A DNA stretch of 63,859 nt, counting the filler, from Chiloscyllium plagiosum (lineage: Eukaryota), in the NCBI RefSeq assembly GCF_004010195.1. It is 5 parts of one record of this genome, joined end to end, with 100 filler letters (N's around TTAATTAATTAA, not from the genome) between each part and the next. Parts side by side here need not be neighbours in the genome. Positions count along the whole stretch, not along the records: positions 33,843 to 46,095 come from NC_057717.1; positions 46,196 to 60,919 come from NC_057717.1; 3 more parts are not named here. One strand, given 5' to 3'. The position numbers were made by a program, and so were the translations under genes. Of the stretch, positions 37,095 to 50,040 are shown piece by piece; the first letter of the stretch is position 1, and every line of letters starts with the position of its first letter. Under the pieces are notes generated by a model. That model was not told the DNA's origin. It saw only the letters and a program-made list of their open reading frames with translations, and did no database searches.

Positions 37095-39490
37095 GCGTCA
37101 TAGAGCCCTGCAGGACAGACACAGGCCCTTCGGTCCAAAGTGGTCCATTCCGATCAGAATGTCCATCTACGCTAATCCCACTTCCCTGCCATTGCCCCGT
37201 ATCCTTCTAATCCTTTTCTATCCGTGTATTTGTCCAAATGCCTCAACCACTTATATTGGCACCTCATTCCATATGCGTGTAAAAAAAAAGTTCCTCAAGT
37301 TCCCTTTTATTCTTTCCCCTCTCACTTTAAACTGATACCCTCAAGTCATCATTTCTGAACTTTTCAAGTTTTACAACATCTTTCCGATAGGAAGGAGACC
37401 AGAATTGCACGCAATATTCCAACAGTGGCCTAACCTGTACAGCCGCAACATGGCCTCCCAACTCCTGTCCTCATACACTGAACAATAAAGGAAAGCATAC
37501 CAAACGCCTTCTTCACTATCCTATCAGCCTGCGACCCCATTTTCCAGGAGCTATGAACCTGCACTCCAAGGTCCCTTTGTTCAGCAACACTCCTTTGGAT
37601 CTTACCATTAAGTGGTATAAGTCCTGCTAAGATTTCCTTTCTCAAAATGCAGCACCTTGCATTTATCTGAATTAAACTCCATCTGCCACTTCTCAGCCCA
37701 TTGGCCCACCTGGTCAAGATCCTATTGTAATCTGATGTAACCTTCTTCGCTCTCCACTACACCTCCAATTTTGGTGTCATCTGCAAACTTACTCACTGTC
37801 CTCTTATGGTCGCATCCAAATAATTTATGTAAATGACAAAAAGTAGAGGACCCAGCACCGATCCTTCTGGCACTCCACTGGTCACAAGTCTCCAGTCTGA
37901 AAAACAACCGTCCACCACCATCCTCTGCCTTCTACCTTTGAGCCAGTTCTGTATCCAAATGGTAAGTTCTCCCTGTATTCCGTGAGATCTAACCTTGCTA
38001 ATCAATCTCCCATTGGGAGACTTGTCGAATGCCTTACTTAAGTCCATATCGATCACATCTATCGCTCTGCCCTCATCAATCCTCTTTGTTACTTCCTCAA
38101 AAAAATCAATCAAGTTTGTGAGACATGATTTTCCACGCACAAAGCCATGTTCAATATCCCTAATCAGTCCTTGCCTTACCAAATATATGTAAATCCTGTC
38201 CCTTCAGGTTCACTCCAACAACGTGCCCACCACTGACATCAGGTTCACTGGTCTATAGTTCCCTGGCTTGTCCGTACCACGGTTCTGAAACAGTGGCACC
38301 ACGCTAGGTAACCTCCAGTCTTCTGGCACCTCACCTGTGACTATCAATGATACAGATATCTCAACAAGAGGCCTAGCAATCACTTCTCTAGCTTTCCACT
38401 GAGTTCTAGGGTACACATGATCAGGTCCTGGAGATTTATCCACCCTTATGCGTTTCAAGACATCCAGCACTTCCTCCTCCGTAATATGGACATTCTGGAA
38501 GATGCCACCATCTATTTCCCTACACTCTATATCTTCCATATCCTTTCCCACGGTGTGAACTGATGCAAAATACTCATTACGTATCTCCTCCATTTTCTGC
38601 GGCTCCACACAAAGGCCACTTTGCTGATATTTGAGGGGCTCTATTCTCTCTCTAGTTACCCTTTTATCCTTAATATATTTGTAAAAACTCTTTGGATTCT
38701 CCTTAATTCGATTTGCCAAAGCTAACTCATGTCCCGTTTTTCCCTCCAGATTTCCCTCTAAATAATACTCCTATTTTCTTTATAGACTTCCAATTATTCA
38801 TTCGATATATCCTGTCTATACCTTACATATGCTTCCTTCTTTTTCGTAAAGAACCCTCAATTTCTATCGTCATCCAGCATTCCCCATAGCTACCCGAGTT
38901 TCCTTTCACCCTAACAGGAATATACTTTCTCTGGATTCTCGTTATCTCATTTCTGAAGGTTCCAATTTTACAGCCATCCCTTTACCTGCGATCATCTGCC
39001 CCCAATCAGCTTTCAAAAGTTCTTGCTTAATAGCGTCAAAATTGGCCATTCTCCAATTTAGAACTTCAACTTTTAGATCTGGTCTATCCTTTTCAATCAT
39101 TATTTTAAATCCAGTAGAATTATGGTCGCCGGCCCCAAAGTGCTCCCCGACTGACACCTCAGTCACCTTCTCTGCTTTATTTCCCAAGAGTAGGTCAAAT
39201 TTTGCACCTTCTCTAGTAGGTACATCCACATACTGAATCAGAAAATTGTCTTATACAGACTTAACAAATTCCTCTCCATCTAAACCCTTGACGCTATGTC
39301 AGTCTATGTTCGCAAAGTTAAAATCTCTTACTGTAACCATCCTAGTACTCTTACAGATAGCTAAGATCTATGTACAAGTTTGTTTCTCATTTTCCCGCTG
39401 ACTATTAGGGGATCTATAACACAATTCCATTAAGTTTATCATCCCTTTCTTATTTTTTAGTTCCACCCAAATAACTTCACTGGATGTATG
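37095..39490 (-). mobile_element. CR1/HER1-like LINE (APE C-terminus + RT), same family as 1212-3233
   Basis: [48 protein letters not shown] and KFADDTKIGG. Confidence 0.95.
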
Positions 39491-40519
39491 ACGTAAGAAA
39501 TATAATTCATATCAAAATGTCAGAAGTAAATCAGCAGTAGAAGTATTAATTGCACTGTGTTTTATATTCCTGTACATTTTGTAGAGGCCGGAAGCCATTG
39601 CAGATAAATGGAAGTTAGTGAACATAATTAAAGCCTGGTAGATGATTAGCATCGAGAAAGGGATGAAGAGATAGTGTGCAGAGCTGCAGACTAATTAACT
39701 TGTGATCTGGAGGGTAACTATTGGAATCTACGATATAGGATGTGATATTGGATAATTAGAAATTAACAGCAACATTGGAGAGAGTCAGTACTCACTTCTG
39801 AAAGGGAAATCATACTTGATAAACTTCAGAATTGTTTTAAAGATATTTAGAGGAATATATGTAAGTTGAAACATAAAATTTGTTTTGCCAGAGTATAGAT
39901 GGAAGGACATGTTGAAGCAGTTGCACAGCATTTTGGTGAGACTGTACCTGGAAGATTGTGTACAGTTTTGGTGACCCAATCCGAGCAGGAATAGACTGCC
40001 CACAGACAAAGTGCAATGGACATTCTCCAGATTCGTCCCTCAGTTGGCGAGATTGCCTGATGAGGAAACACGGCATGTGTTCTCTACAGTTTCAAACAAT
40101 GAGAGATGATCGCAGTGAAATTTACAAAATTCACGAAATGTGTGACAAATTGGAAATAATCAGGATGTTTCTCTGGTTGTCTGCTCTACATTTAATGCAA
40201 ATAATGCCAGGATTAGGCACAGGCCATTTAAAACTGCAATAAGGAGGAAATTCTGCACGCGAGGGGACTGATTAACACAGGGGCATGGAAACCTCCTGGC
40301 AGGGCAAGGTTAGAGAGAATCCCCAGATATTCTATCTGCGTGACAATTGCAACAGAATAACCAGGAAACAGGTAGGACCTATTAGTGACTTTCAAGTTGC
40401 ATCCGAATCAACCTCGTGTTAGGAGACAGAGGGTGGTGGTAGAAAGCTGCCTGTGTGACTGGAGGCCAGTATCCAATATTGAACTACAGAAATCAGTGCT
40501 ATGTCCCTTATTATTTGTG

Positions 40520-40712
40520 ATTCAGAGGTGCCGATGTTGGACTGGGGTAGACAAAGCTAAAAATCACAGAACACTGGATTATGTTCCAACAGTTTTATTT
40601 GGAGGCACGATTTTTCAAAGCGCACAACCACCTGATGAAGAAGCAGCGCTTCGAAAGCTACTGCTTCCGAATAAACCTGTTGGAGTATCATCTGCTGGTG
40701 TGTGATCTCTAA
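40520..40712. mobile_element. Fold-back Penelope-derived mini-element, family 2
   Basis: Inverted copies of the terminus seen at 49935-50040; 14-bp TSD CCTTATTATTTGTG at 40506-40519 and 40713-40726. Confidence 0.8.
40629..40663 (+). ncRNA. Minimal type I hammerhead ribozyme motif
   Basis: CUGAUGA-A-GAAGC-agc-GCUUC-GAAA-GC-UA; perfect helix II and palindromic AGCU in place of helix III. Confidence 0.55.
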
Positions 40713-43700
40713 CCTTATTATTTGTGGTCATTATAGATGATGCCATTGTGGATATGGAAGAGAGGGTGGGAAGAGAGTGATAGATCAGTTTGCGTTTGAC
40801 ACAAAGATTGGCAGGTTAGTTTCAGCAAGACACGGATGGAATGGTCAGATGGGTGGATCAATGGCAGATGGAATGTGACCCTGATAAATATGAGGTGATG
40901 CACTTTTGAAGAAGGAACCAGATGGGGGAGGACTCAATGAATGGCAGCACACTAGGAAGCTCAGAGGGTGCTTCTCAACACATCCTTGAATGTGACGAAA
41001 CAGATTGATGCACTAGTTGAGAAAGCATAGGGGATCATAAATATAGCCTTTGTTCATCGAGGCACAGATTAAAAGAGCTATGCAGAACTTTGGTTAGGCC
41101 AAGATGGAATACTGTGTACAGTTCTGGGAATCACATTGCATGAAGTTTGTGATTGCTCTGGAGGGGTACAGAGGAGGTTCACCAGGATGTTCCCTCGGAT
41201 GGAGCAGATTAGCTCGGGTTGTTTACTTTGGAGCAGAGAAGGATGAGGGGGAGGTGATTAAGAAGGATTAGATTCCGAGGGGCATGGACATGGTGGATAG
41301 ACAGAAGCTGCTCATTTTAGTCAAAGGGGCAAGAACAAGGGAGCAGAATTTTAAAGTGTAGGGTTTGAGCTTTCGTGAGGATTTGAGGATTTGAGGATTG
41401 GTTTTCCGAAGGGTGTTCGGGTCTGGAATGCACTCCCTGAAAAGACTGTTGTCACAGGTAACCTCACAACCGTTAAGAAGTGCATTGTCGTGCACTTGAA
41501 GTGCCATAACTTACATGGCTATGGGCTCGTGGAGGGAAGTGAGATTAATGCAGACCATGTTGTTTTTCTGACAGTACAGAGTCTATGTCCCTGTGATAGT
41601 ATGGCTGTGGAAGGTTAATCATTGAGCAGCTTAAGACAGGAATTGATGAGTTTCTGAAGAGTGTACTAACAAGGGTTGCAACAGTGAAGTTGTAAAAGGT
41701 TCTAAAAGTATGTCAATGACAAAATTAAGGGTAAAAAGGTGCAGCTTCCTTACAGTCTGAAACCAGAGAACGGAGAATGGAGAACAGGGAAATGGCAGAA
41801 CTATGGAACAAAGGCTCAAGTAATGTCTTCAGAGGAGAAAACAAAATGAAATAGAAATCTTCCCAATAGGAAGCTTTAGTCTGTTGAGAAAAAAAGGAAT
41901 AAAATGAAAGTAGCAAATAAACAGTTTTAGAGAAAGTATTGGGACTTAATTTAATGGGCATAGAAAAAGTTAACAGAGATATATGAAATAGGAATCATAT
42001 TTCAGAAAGTGACTTACAAAATTATGGAGAAGCAATCAATGCAATACGTTTGGGTTTTCAGGAAAATTGTAGCTAAAGCTCCAAGCCTACTATACAGTTT
42101 CTAATGTTACGGGACTTCAGCTAATATGTGGACATGGTTTTTTGAATGGGAGAGTTGACAAGAAGCGGTGAGAAGGAATACAACAATGTTTTTTTCTAGT
42201 GGAAGGCCTGGCTGATATAGCAGGAATCGCGGCTTGGCTCCCAGCTATTCCCAATACACACCACTCTTTTGATTGAAGGAATCAATTACCAAGTCTACTG
42301 CTGGCACTAATTCATGTCGGAATGCGAGAGGCTGAGCAGAATGTAAAAAAGCTCCAAGGTGATTGAGAAAAGTGGAGTGAGTGGGAAAATATGTGACAGA
42401 TGGAGAGCAATATGGTAGGAAAAACAGAACAGTAGCTTACCATTTTAACAGGGGTTGGTTGAAAAAATATTAATGTATTAAGGAAATTATGCTGAATTTT
42501 TGTTTCCTTCTGTGCAGATCTCTGAGGTCCATGCAGGGCAGTGAGTTCTGAAACCAGAAATCAATACTGGGAATGGCATTGGCACGCTGACCAGTGTGCA
42601 CAAACTCAACAAGTGGGGAGCTGTAACATTGAAAAGGATCTATATCACCCTATGCACCAGTCACTGTAGCAATTTTTCAGGAACAGAAAAAAGTTCGGAA
42701 GGTAAAGGGTGTGTTGGCCTTCATTTCAAAGAGATTTGCGTTCAGCTGTAAGCGTGTCTTACTGCATGTGTACAGGGCCTTGGTGAGATCCCATCTCGAA
42801 CATTGTGCAGTCTTGTGTGTAGTTTTAGTCTCCGCACCTGATAAAGGACAAACCTAACTTTGGGGCAGAGCAGTGAAGGATGTCAAGACTGATCTCTGGG
42901 ATTCAGGCTTGTTATGGGAGCAGAGTTTGGATCTAAGTTTGGATCTACTGGGTCTGTATTTCATAGGGTGTGGAGAACTGAGTAAAATATGTGAAACACT
43001 GACAGGGTGAGAAAGTATGGAAACAGAAAGATAGTTCCCCTGGCTTGGTCGTCTAAAACAAAGAGCCGCAGTATTAGCTACAGGCAGGTCACTCTGCATT
43101 CTGATGACAATAAATGCCTGCACACAGAGACTGGTGAACCAGGAGAATTCTCTTCCAGATCAGGCTGTGGAAGTCAAGGCACTGAATATAAATCAGGATT
43201 TCTACATACTGAAGGGATAGGGAGAGAGCAGGAGAATGGTGTGATGATAGAGGATCAGATATCATTACAGGTTGTCCTGCAATAATGCGGTAACTGTGTT
43301 CCTGAGCAACACAGTGCTGTAGAAAATCGTGCAATATTAATAATGGGGCCAATGGGAGAAAGAGCGTATGAGGCGAACCCAATGAAATATCAATAACAAT
43401 CAAAAAATAAAGTTAGTCTAACACGCACACTGGTACAGTCTAATTAAATCTTTAAATCACATGCTGTAATGAAATAGTACTGTAAACGTAACACTCACAC
43501 GACCGTCATTGACTGTAGCAGTGTACCTTTCACCACGCTCTTCACCAGAAAGTGCGCGGGACTGATTGACCACGTGATGTCGACACGGGATTTCAGTTCT
43601 CCCCAAGATTCTTCCCTTTGGTTGAAATAAAGTTCCTTCTAAATTTAGACTACAGTTCAAAGTTTCAGGCTCAGGTTCAAGGCTTGCAGAGTGAATTACA

Positions 43701-43984
43701 TTCCTGTTTCAGCTGAACATACTGAGGGTGCATTTTGGAGACAGAGGATCGAGAGGCTGGGTTTTGCTGTTCAGCTGGTGCCAGAGATGGAATCACGTCA
43801 CAGTGAACAGGAGCTTGCGTTATGAAAAAAAAAGCTGCACAATTCAGAATTGTATTGCAGTCATATCCTGTATCCGTTACTTGAGATGGGGATATTTGTG
43901 GAGTCCTCTCCTCCACTAAGTTGTTTACTGGTCCATCGACATTAATGCCTGAATGTGGCAGGACTGCCTGTATATTGAATGGAG

Positions 43985-44197
43985 GAGCTGAAAATGTGTT
44001 GCTGGAAAAGCGCAGCAGGTCAGGCAGCATCCAGGGAACAGGAGAATCGACATTTCGGGCATAAGCCCTTCGTCAGGAATGGGCATATGCCCGAAACGTC
44101 GATTCTCCTGTTCCCTGGATGCTGCCTGACCTGCTGCGCTTTTCCAGCAACACATTTTCAGCTCTGATCTCCAGCATCTGCAGACCTCACTTTCTCC
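43985..44197. mobile_element. Young fold-back Penelope-derived mini-element, family 1
   Basis: ~84-bp arms (43985-44068 and 44081-44164, 2 mismatches) with a 12-nt loop; 16-bp TSD TATTGAATGGAGGAGC at 43973-43988 and 44198-44213. Confidence 0.9.
44046..44080 (-). ncRNA. Minimal hammerhead ribozyme motif
   Basis: rc reads AUUC-CUGACGA-A-GGGC-uuau-GCCC-GAAA-UG-UC-GAU. Confidence 0.5.
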
Positions 44198-44569
44198 TAT
44201 TGAATGGAGGAGCAAGATTAATTGACTGAAGGGACTACAGCTGTTCTTAATTTATATTTCCCGATGTTTAAACCTACTAAGGAATATGAACACTGTGTGG
44301 GAAAACTGCACTGAGTATATTTTCTCTAGGAACCAGAAAGGGAAAGGCTCAATGTGTCTAATGGCCTACTCCTTTCCCGATGTTTTTGCACAGTTCTGTC
44401 GAAAAGCTCTGTAACTGTTGTCACATGCACTCAAATGTTAGGAAGGCAGCATCTGACTGGCGACAGGACTATGTTTCCGGTTCTCTTTGCCAAAACCAAA
44501 CTTGTTGCCGGTTGTTCTATCTGGTTATATTTTTTAAGACCTCGGAGAAGTTTGATATAACTGAGTGCC

Positions 44570-45750
44570 TTGATTGCCATTTCAGAGACCATTGAAGAGT
44601 TTATGACATGTCTGTGTGTCTAGAGTCACTTTTAGGCCAGACGAGGAAAGCACGGGAGATTCATTTCCTGAAAGTACATTGGGTAAAGAAATTGCTGTTT
44701 ACATTTGCTTCAAGGTCACTATTGTGACACCAGATTTTACATTTCGATCTGTTATTAACTGTTTTTAAATTCCACCAGCTGCCAGAGCATTAGCCTGGTC
44801 GGGATTAGTAATCCAGTGATATTTCCACAACAGCATCATCGCCACATGGGGACCCATTGGAAACCACACTAAGCAGTTTATTTTTTACTGCTTGACAGCT
44901 CTGTCAAATAGAACTCCACCAATTTGACTATCGTGATGGCACTGAGGGCGTGGCAAATGGTCAGATCGTAATTATTCTCCTCTTTGGGGACTGGACAGAT
45001 TTGAGTAATTTTTCACGTTACCAGGCAAATGTCAGAGTTGGAGCTGGAATGACACAGCTTCCAGAGGGACACGGCTTGTTGAACAGCACAAGTGTTCAGT
45101 CCTATTGCAGGAATGGTGTCAGGGCCCATTGCCTTTGTCATATCTACTGTGTTCAGCTGTTTCTTCATGTCACGTGCAGGCAGTCGAATTGTTTGAAGAC
45201 TGATCTGAGATTCTGTGGGCATCATGGTGAGGGTGAGGCGGATCATCGACTCAACGCTTCTGGCTGAGAATGGTCCAGATGATGCATACTTGTCTTTTAC
45301 ACTGGTGTACAGGGCTATTTTACAGTGGCGTACTTGAGATGGGAATATTTGTGGAGTCGTTCCGTCCACTAAGTTGTTTACTGGTCCATCGACATTTATG
45401 CCTGAATGTGGCAGGACTGCAGAGTGTAGACCTGATCTGTTCGTTTTGCTATAACTTCTCTCTCTTGATCAAATGATAGTTCTGCTGGTTAGAAAGTAAC
45501 CGGTCAAATACCATAGCTTTAATGGACTGTCATCAGGGATAGGTACACATGGTTCTGACTCTGGCATGTTCACCTACACTCTTCACTGAACCATAGATCA
45601 CCTTGATGGTAATGGTGGACTGATAGATTATCCCGGGGAAAAATGTTACAGGTTGTGGTTGAATGCAACACTGCTTCTGCTGCTGCTGTGGTCTACAGCA
45701 TCAGATGATAACCCAGTCTGAGCTGCAAAATCTGCAATTCAATTCTACTG
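44570..45750 (-). mobile_element. Degraded SINE-like piece (44570-44850) plus LINE fragment of the 16090-18800 family
   Basis: KAMGPDTIPAIGLNTCA in ORF 45013-45369. Confidence 0.65.
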
Positions 45751-46095
45751 ACTGTTCCCCCCAGTTCACACCGAGACCCATTCACCCATCAGCCCTGTAC
45801 TCAGTGACCTAAACTGGTTTCTGATGTGGTAACACTTCCATTTTCATATTCACATTCTGCTCAGGGTCTCTCCCACGGGCCACGCCTCCAATTTGTTACA
45901 TTAATAAATAATATAATATATTCATCCGAATCATTTCCTTTCCTGCAATGCCATCACTTGTGTTTGAAGTGAATGTGTTTCCCTCTGTTTTTCTCCATGA
46001 CCTTGATAAAGACATTTGTCGTGTCAGTGAGGCCAACTGTATGCAGTTTCAGAGACAATGAATGTGTGCACATGGTGTGATCATTCACTTCCCAG

Positions 46096-46195
46096 NNNNN
46101 NNNNNNNNNNNNNNNNNNNNNNNNNNNNNNNNNNNNNNNTTAATTAATTAANNNNNNNNNNNNNNNNNNNNNNNNNNNNNNNNNNNNNNNNNNNN
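46096..46195. other. Artificial assembly spacer
   Basis: 44N-TTAATTAATTAA-44N. Confidence 0.95.
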
Positions 46196-46342
46196 AGATG
46201 AACAAAGAGCATACTTTCTGGATCAAGAACGCCAATCATTATTTCCTGCCTCTAACTTGTGTCTACCCTCTTCTTAAAACCACCACGGAATCCATGGCAG
46301 CTGTTTACTGTCCAGCCTTTCTTCCCCAGTAATATCACTCAC

Positions 46343-46920
46343 TGGGCTGAGGAGTGGCAGATGGCGTTTAATCTCAATAAATACAATGTATCACGGTTTG
46401 GTAAAACAAACAAGGAGAGGACATCTAAGTGTAAAAGTCGGGCCATTGGTAGCATTGTAGAACAGAGAGATCTAGGGTTCTGATATATTTCTTTGAAGTT
46501 TGCATCATGTATAGGCAGGGTGGTTATGAAGGCGTTTGGATTGCTAGCCTTCATTTCTCAGACCTTTAAGTACAGGAGCTGGAACATTACCTTCAGGTTG
46601 AGCTGGACATTGGTGAGGTCTCTCCTGAAGTACTGTGTAGTTCTGGTCACCCCGTTACATTGAGGATATTATTAAAGTGGAGAGGGTTCAGAAAAGATTT
46701 ACCGGTCTGTTGCTGGGAATGGAGTGCTTAAGGTATAAGGACAGACTCAATGGACTAGGACCTTTTCCACTGCAACAATGAAGGATGAGACATTATTAAA
46801 CTTATAGAGGTTTATAAAACAATGAGTGGTATAGATAATGATGAATGGCAGGTGTCATTTCCTTCGGCTGGTGGATTTCAAGACTAGGGGATAATTTTAA
46901 GATTACAGGAGAAAGGTATA
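46343..46920 (+). mobile_element. CR1 3' fragment, paralog of 12838-13482
   Basis: WAEEWQMAFN..K, EQRDLG and ERVQKRF. Confidence 0.85.
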
Positions 46921-46924
46921 CAGA

Positions 46925-48350
46925 CGACATAGTGTCATAGAGCTACCCAGCTCTACCCAAATTGTTCCTGCCAAACTGATGTCCTACGTTAATGCAGTTC
47001 ATCATTTTCCATCATTTGGCCCATATCCCCCTAAACACTTCCAATTCATGTGCCCGTCCAGATGCCTTTTAAATGTTTTAATTGCCCAAGCCTGCACAAC
47101 TTCCTCTGGCAGCTCGTTACACATAAAGCACCCTCTCTTTGAAAACGTTGCCCCTTCGATCCCTTTTAAGTCTTTCCCCTCTGACCTTCAACCTCGATTT
47201 GTCCTCGAGATTTGGAACGTGCTATGCTGGAGAAAAAAACCTTGGCTATTGACATTATCCATTCCACTTGTGAGTATATGAACCTCTATGATTCCCCCTC
47301 AACCGCTGATGCTCCAGGGAAAATAACCGAGGCATATCCAGCCTCTACATAAATCTCAATATATCCAACCCTGGCAATATCTTTGTAAATTTTTTCTGAG
47401 TCATTTCAGGTTTCACACATCCTTTATCGAAGTGCAAGACCATAATTGCACGAAGTACTCAAGAGTGGCCTAACCTATGTCCTGTACCGTTGCAATATGA
47501 CCTTCCAACTCTGACATTCAATGCACTGTCAAACAACGACAAGCATCTCAATCGCCTTCTTCCCTATCCTATATACCTGCCACTCCACTTTCAAAGTATT
47601 ATGAACCTGCACTCCAAGGTCTCTTTGTTTAGCAAGACTCCCCAGGGAATTAAAATTAAATATATAAGCCAAGCCCTGATTTTCCTTTCCAAAATGCAGC
47701 ACTTCACATTTATCTAAGTTAAACTCCATCTGCAATTCCTCAGCCCATTGGTCCATCTGATCAAGATCCCGTTATACTCTGTGGTAATCATTTTCTCTGC
47801 CCACTGCACCTTCAATGTTGGTGTCATATATGAACTTACTAACCATACCTTCTGTGTTCACATCCAAATGTAAATTATGAACTGCAATGGAACCAGCACC
47901 AATCTTTGTGGCACACCATTGCTCACAGGCCTCCAGTCTGAAAATCAACCCTCCACCACTACTCTCTGTCTTCCACCTTTGATTCAGTTCCGTATCCAAA
48001 TGGCTCGTTTTCCTTTTATTCCATGAGATCTCACCGTACCAACCAGTCTACCATGGGGAACCTTATCAAGTGTGAGACATGACCTACCAAGCACAAAGCC
48101 TTGTTGACTAGCCCTTATCAGTCCTTGCCTTTCCAAATACATCTAAATTCTCTCCAACAACTTACCCACCACCGATGTCAGGCTCACTGGTCATTCGTTC
48201 CCTGGATTTTCCTTGCCAGTTTATTTAATAATGGCACCACGTTAGTCAGCCTCGTGTCTTCCAGCACCTCACCTGTGGCTATTGATGATAAGAACATCTC
48301 ATCAAGATTTCCAGCAATAACTCCTCGAGCTTCCCACAGAGTTCTTGTGT
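46925..48350 (-). mobile_element. CR1 LINE fragment
   Basis: WAEELQMEFNLDKCEVLHFG, QRDLGVQVH and TGEVLED.R.TNVVPL. Confidence 0.9.
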
Positions 48351-49089
48351 ATGATGTGCATTTTGATGACGCATCATTTGGTTGGTGTTCATGAACATCC
48401 TCAGATGTGCTGGATGTGGGTAACATTACACTGTTTAAAAGATATTTTATTAAGTGAAAGGATAAGTAAATGTTTGGAAAGATATTATACAAGCGCCGGA
48501 ACGTGGGACTAGTTTAGTTTGAGATTATCGTTAGCAACGAGTGTATGGGCTGATAGATCTGTTTTCAACACCCCTGCATAACGCTCTGGGTCCATGTGCC
48601 TTTGTATGTCCGCGCTTGTCGATTTGTATGTGTATATTTGTGTATCCCTATGTGTCTATCTCTCTGTGTGTTCTGCATTAGTGTGTGTGCATATGTTTGT
48701 ATCTCGATCTCTGCATCTGTGTGCAATGGGGTCTATTTTGTTTTGGGGTGAATCATTGAATGGGGTTCAATGCCTCCCTTCCGCCCTCTCCCGCTCCCTC
48801 GTTTGCTGAAAGTGATACTATGCCATGCTCTGCTGATGTATTTTAGAAATTTTCAATCCTTGGTTACGTGTAAGATTATTTGTAAGGGTAAGTCACTAAA
48901 CATTGCATTTTACAAGGTGTATGTATATACATATATCTGTGCGTGTATCAATGTATGTGTCTATGTTTTCCATGTCTGTGTGTTCAGCTGTGTGTATGCA
49001 TGTACTTCTGTGTGTGCATGTCTTTGTGCATCTGTGTGTGCATATCTTTGTGCGTCTCTGTGTGTCTGTGTGTTCGTGTGTCCAGCAAA

Positions 49090-50040
49090 TTCAGCCTCGG
49101 AACTTCGGGTGACCATCCTCCAAGGTGGACTTCTGGACAGGCAGCAGAGAAAAGTGGCCCAGCAGAAGCTGATAGCTAAGTTCGGTACCCATAGGGAAGG
49201 CCTCAACCGGGACCTTGGGTTCATGTCACATTACAGGAGACCACCATTGTACTATACACACACAGAGATACTCCTACACACACACACACTCACACACACA
49301 CAAGCACTCTTATACACACATACACACGGACACACATACACACAAACGCGCACACTGACACCCACACCCACACATACAGACACACACACATCCACATGTA
49401 CACCCTCACAGACATAAGGCACTCTGCACTCACTACACACGCACACGTACACTTTCTCATACTCACAACCCACAGCCCAGACAGACAAAGACCCACATAC
49501 ACACATATATTTTGTGGGGTGAATTTGTACTTTCAGGGTTACATTGTACTTTGCTCAAAAGCTGCATGCATTCATGTAGGACTCTGAGCTTTGAAACTGC
49601 ATGAATTTATGTAAAACTCCGTTATCCCTCTTTTTAGATTAGAATCAATCTAAATATCATGGTATAAACAGAGAACAAAGGGGGTCAACACCTTCAACAT
49701 ATTGCCTAGCTCTCACCATTGTTAACAGTTAACCCGAGAATGCAACTTTAAAAAAAAAGATATTGTGATTTTCACATGAAGGAAGTGAAACTATCACTGT
49801 ATTCTAACAGATGAAAGACTTAACAGACAATCATTTTTTCAATATATAATTTAAGTTACATCACACTGTAAATTTTTGCTATAAATTCTGTGGGTTAGGA
49901 TTGAGCCCTCCACTATTACCTGATGAAGGAACGTCGCTCCGAAAGCTCGTGTGCTTCCAATTAAACCTGTTGGAGTATAATCTGGTGTTGTGTAATTTTT
50001 AACTTTGTACACCCCAGTCCAACACCGGCATCTCCAAATC
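49090..50040 (+). mobile_element. Penelope-like element 3' end, family 2
   Basis: GIY-YIG C-terminus LRVTILQGGL..QQRKVAQQKLIAKFGTHREGLNRDLGFMSHY, CA-rich UTR, and terminal repeat with hammerhead. Confidence 0.9.
49917..49951 (+). ncRNA. Minimal hammerhead ribozyme motif
   Basis: UAC-CUGAUGA-A-GGAAC-guc-GCUCC-GAAA-GC-UC-GUG; helix I UAC/GUG; one mismatch in helix II. Confidence 0.55.

Larger units (their letters stand above)
39800..43280 (+). mobile_element. Patchwork of old CR1 fragments
   Basis: RRQRVVVESC..W, VRVWNALP and EYCVQFW-like DNA in several degraded pieces. Confidence 0.7.

Noticed and set aside
48594..49506. Cys/Val-rich ORFs
   Set aside because: Translations of TG/CA low-complexity sequence around a Penelope end.
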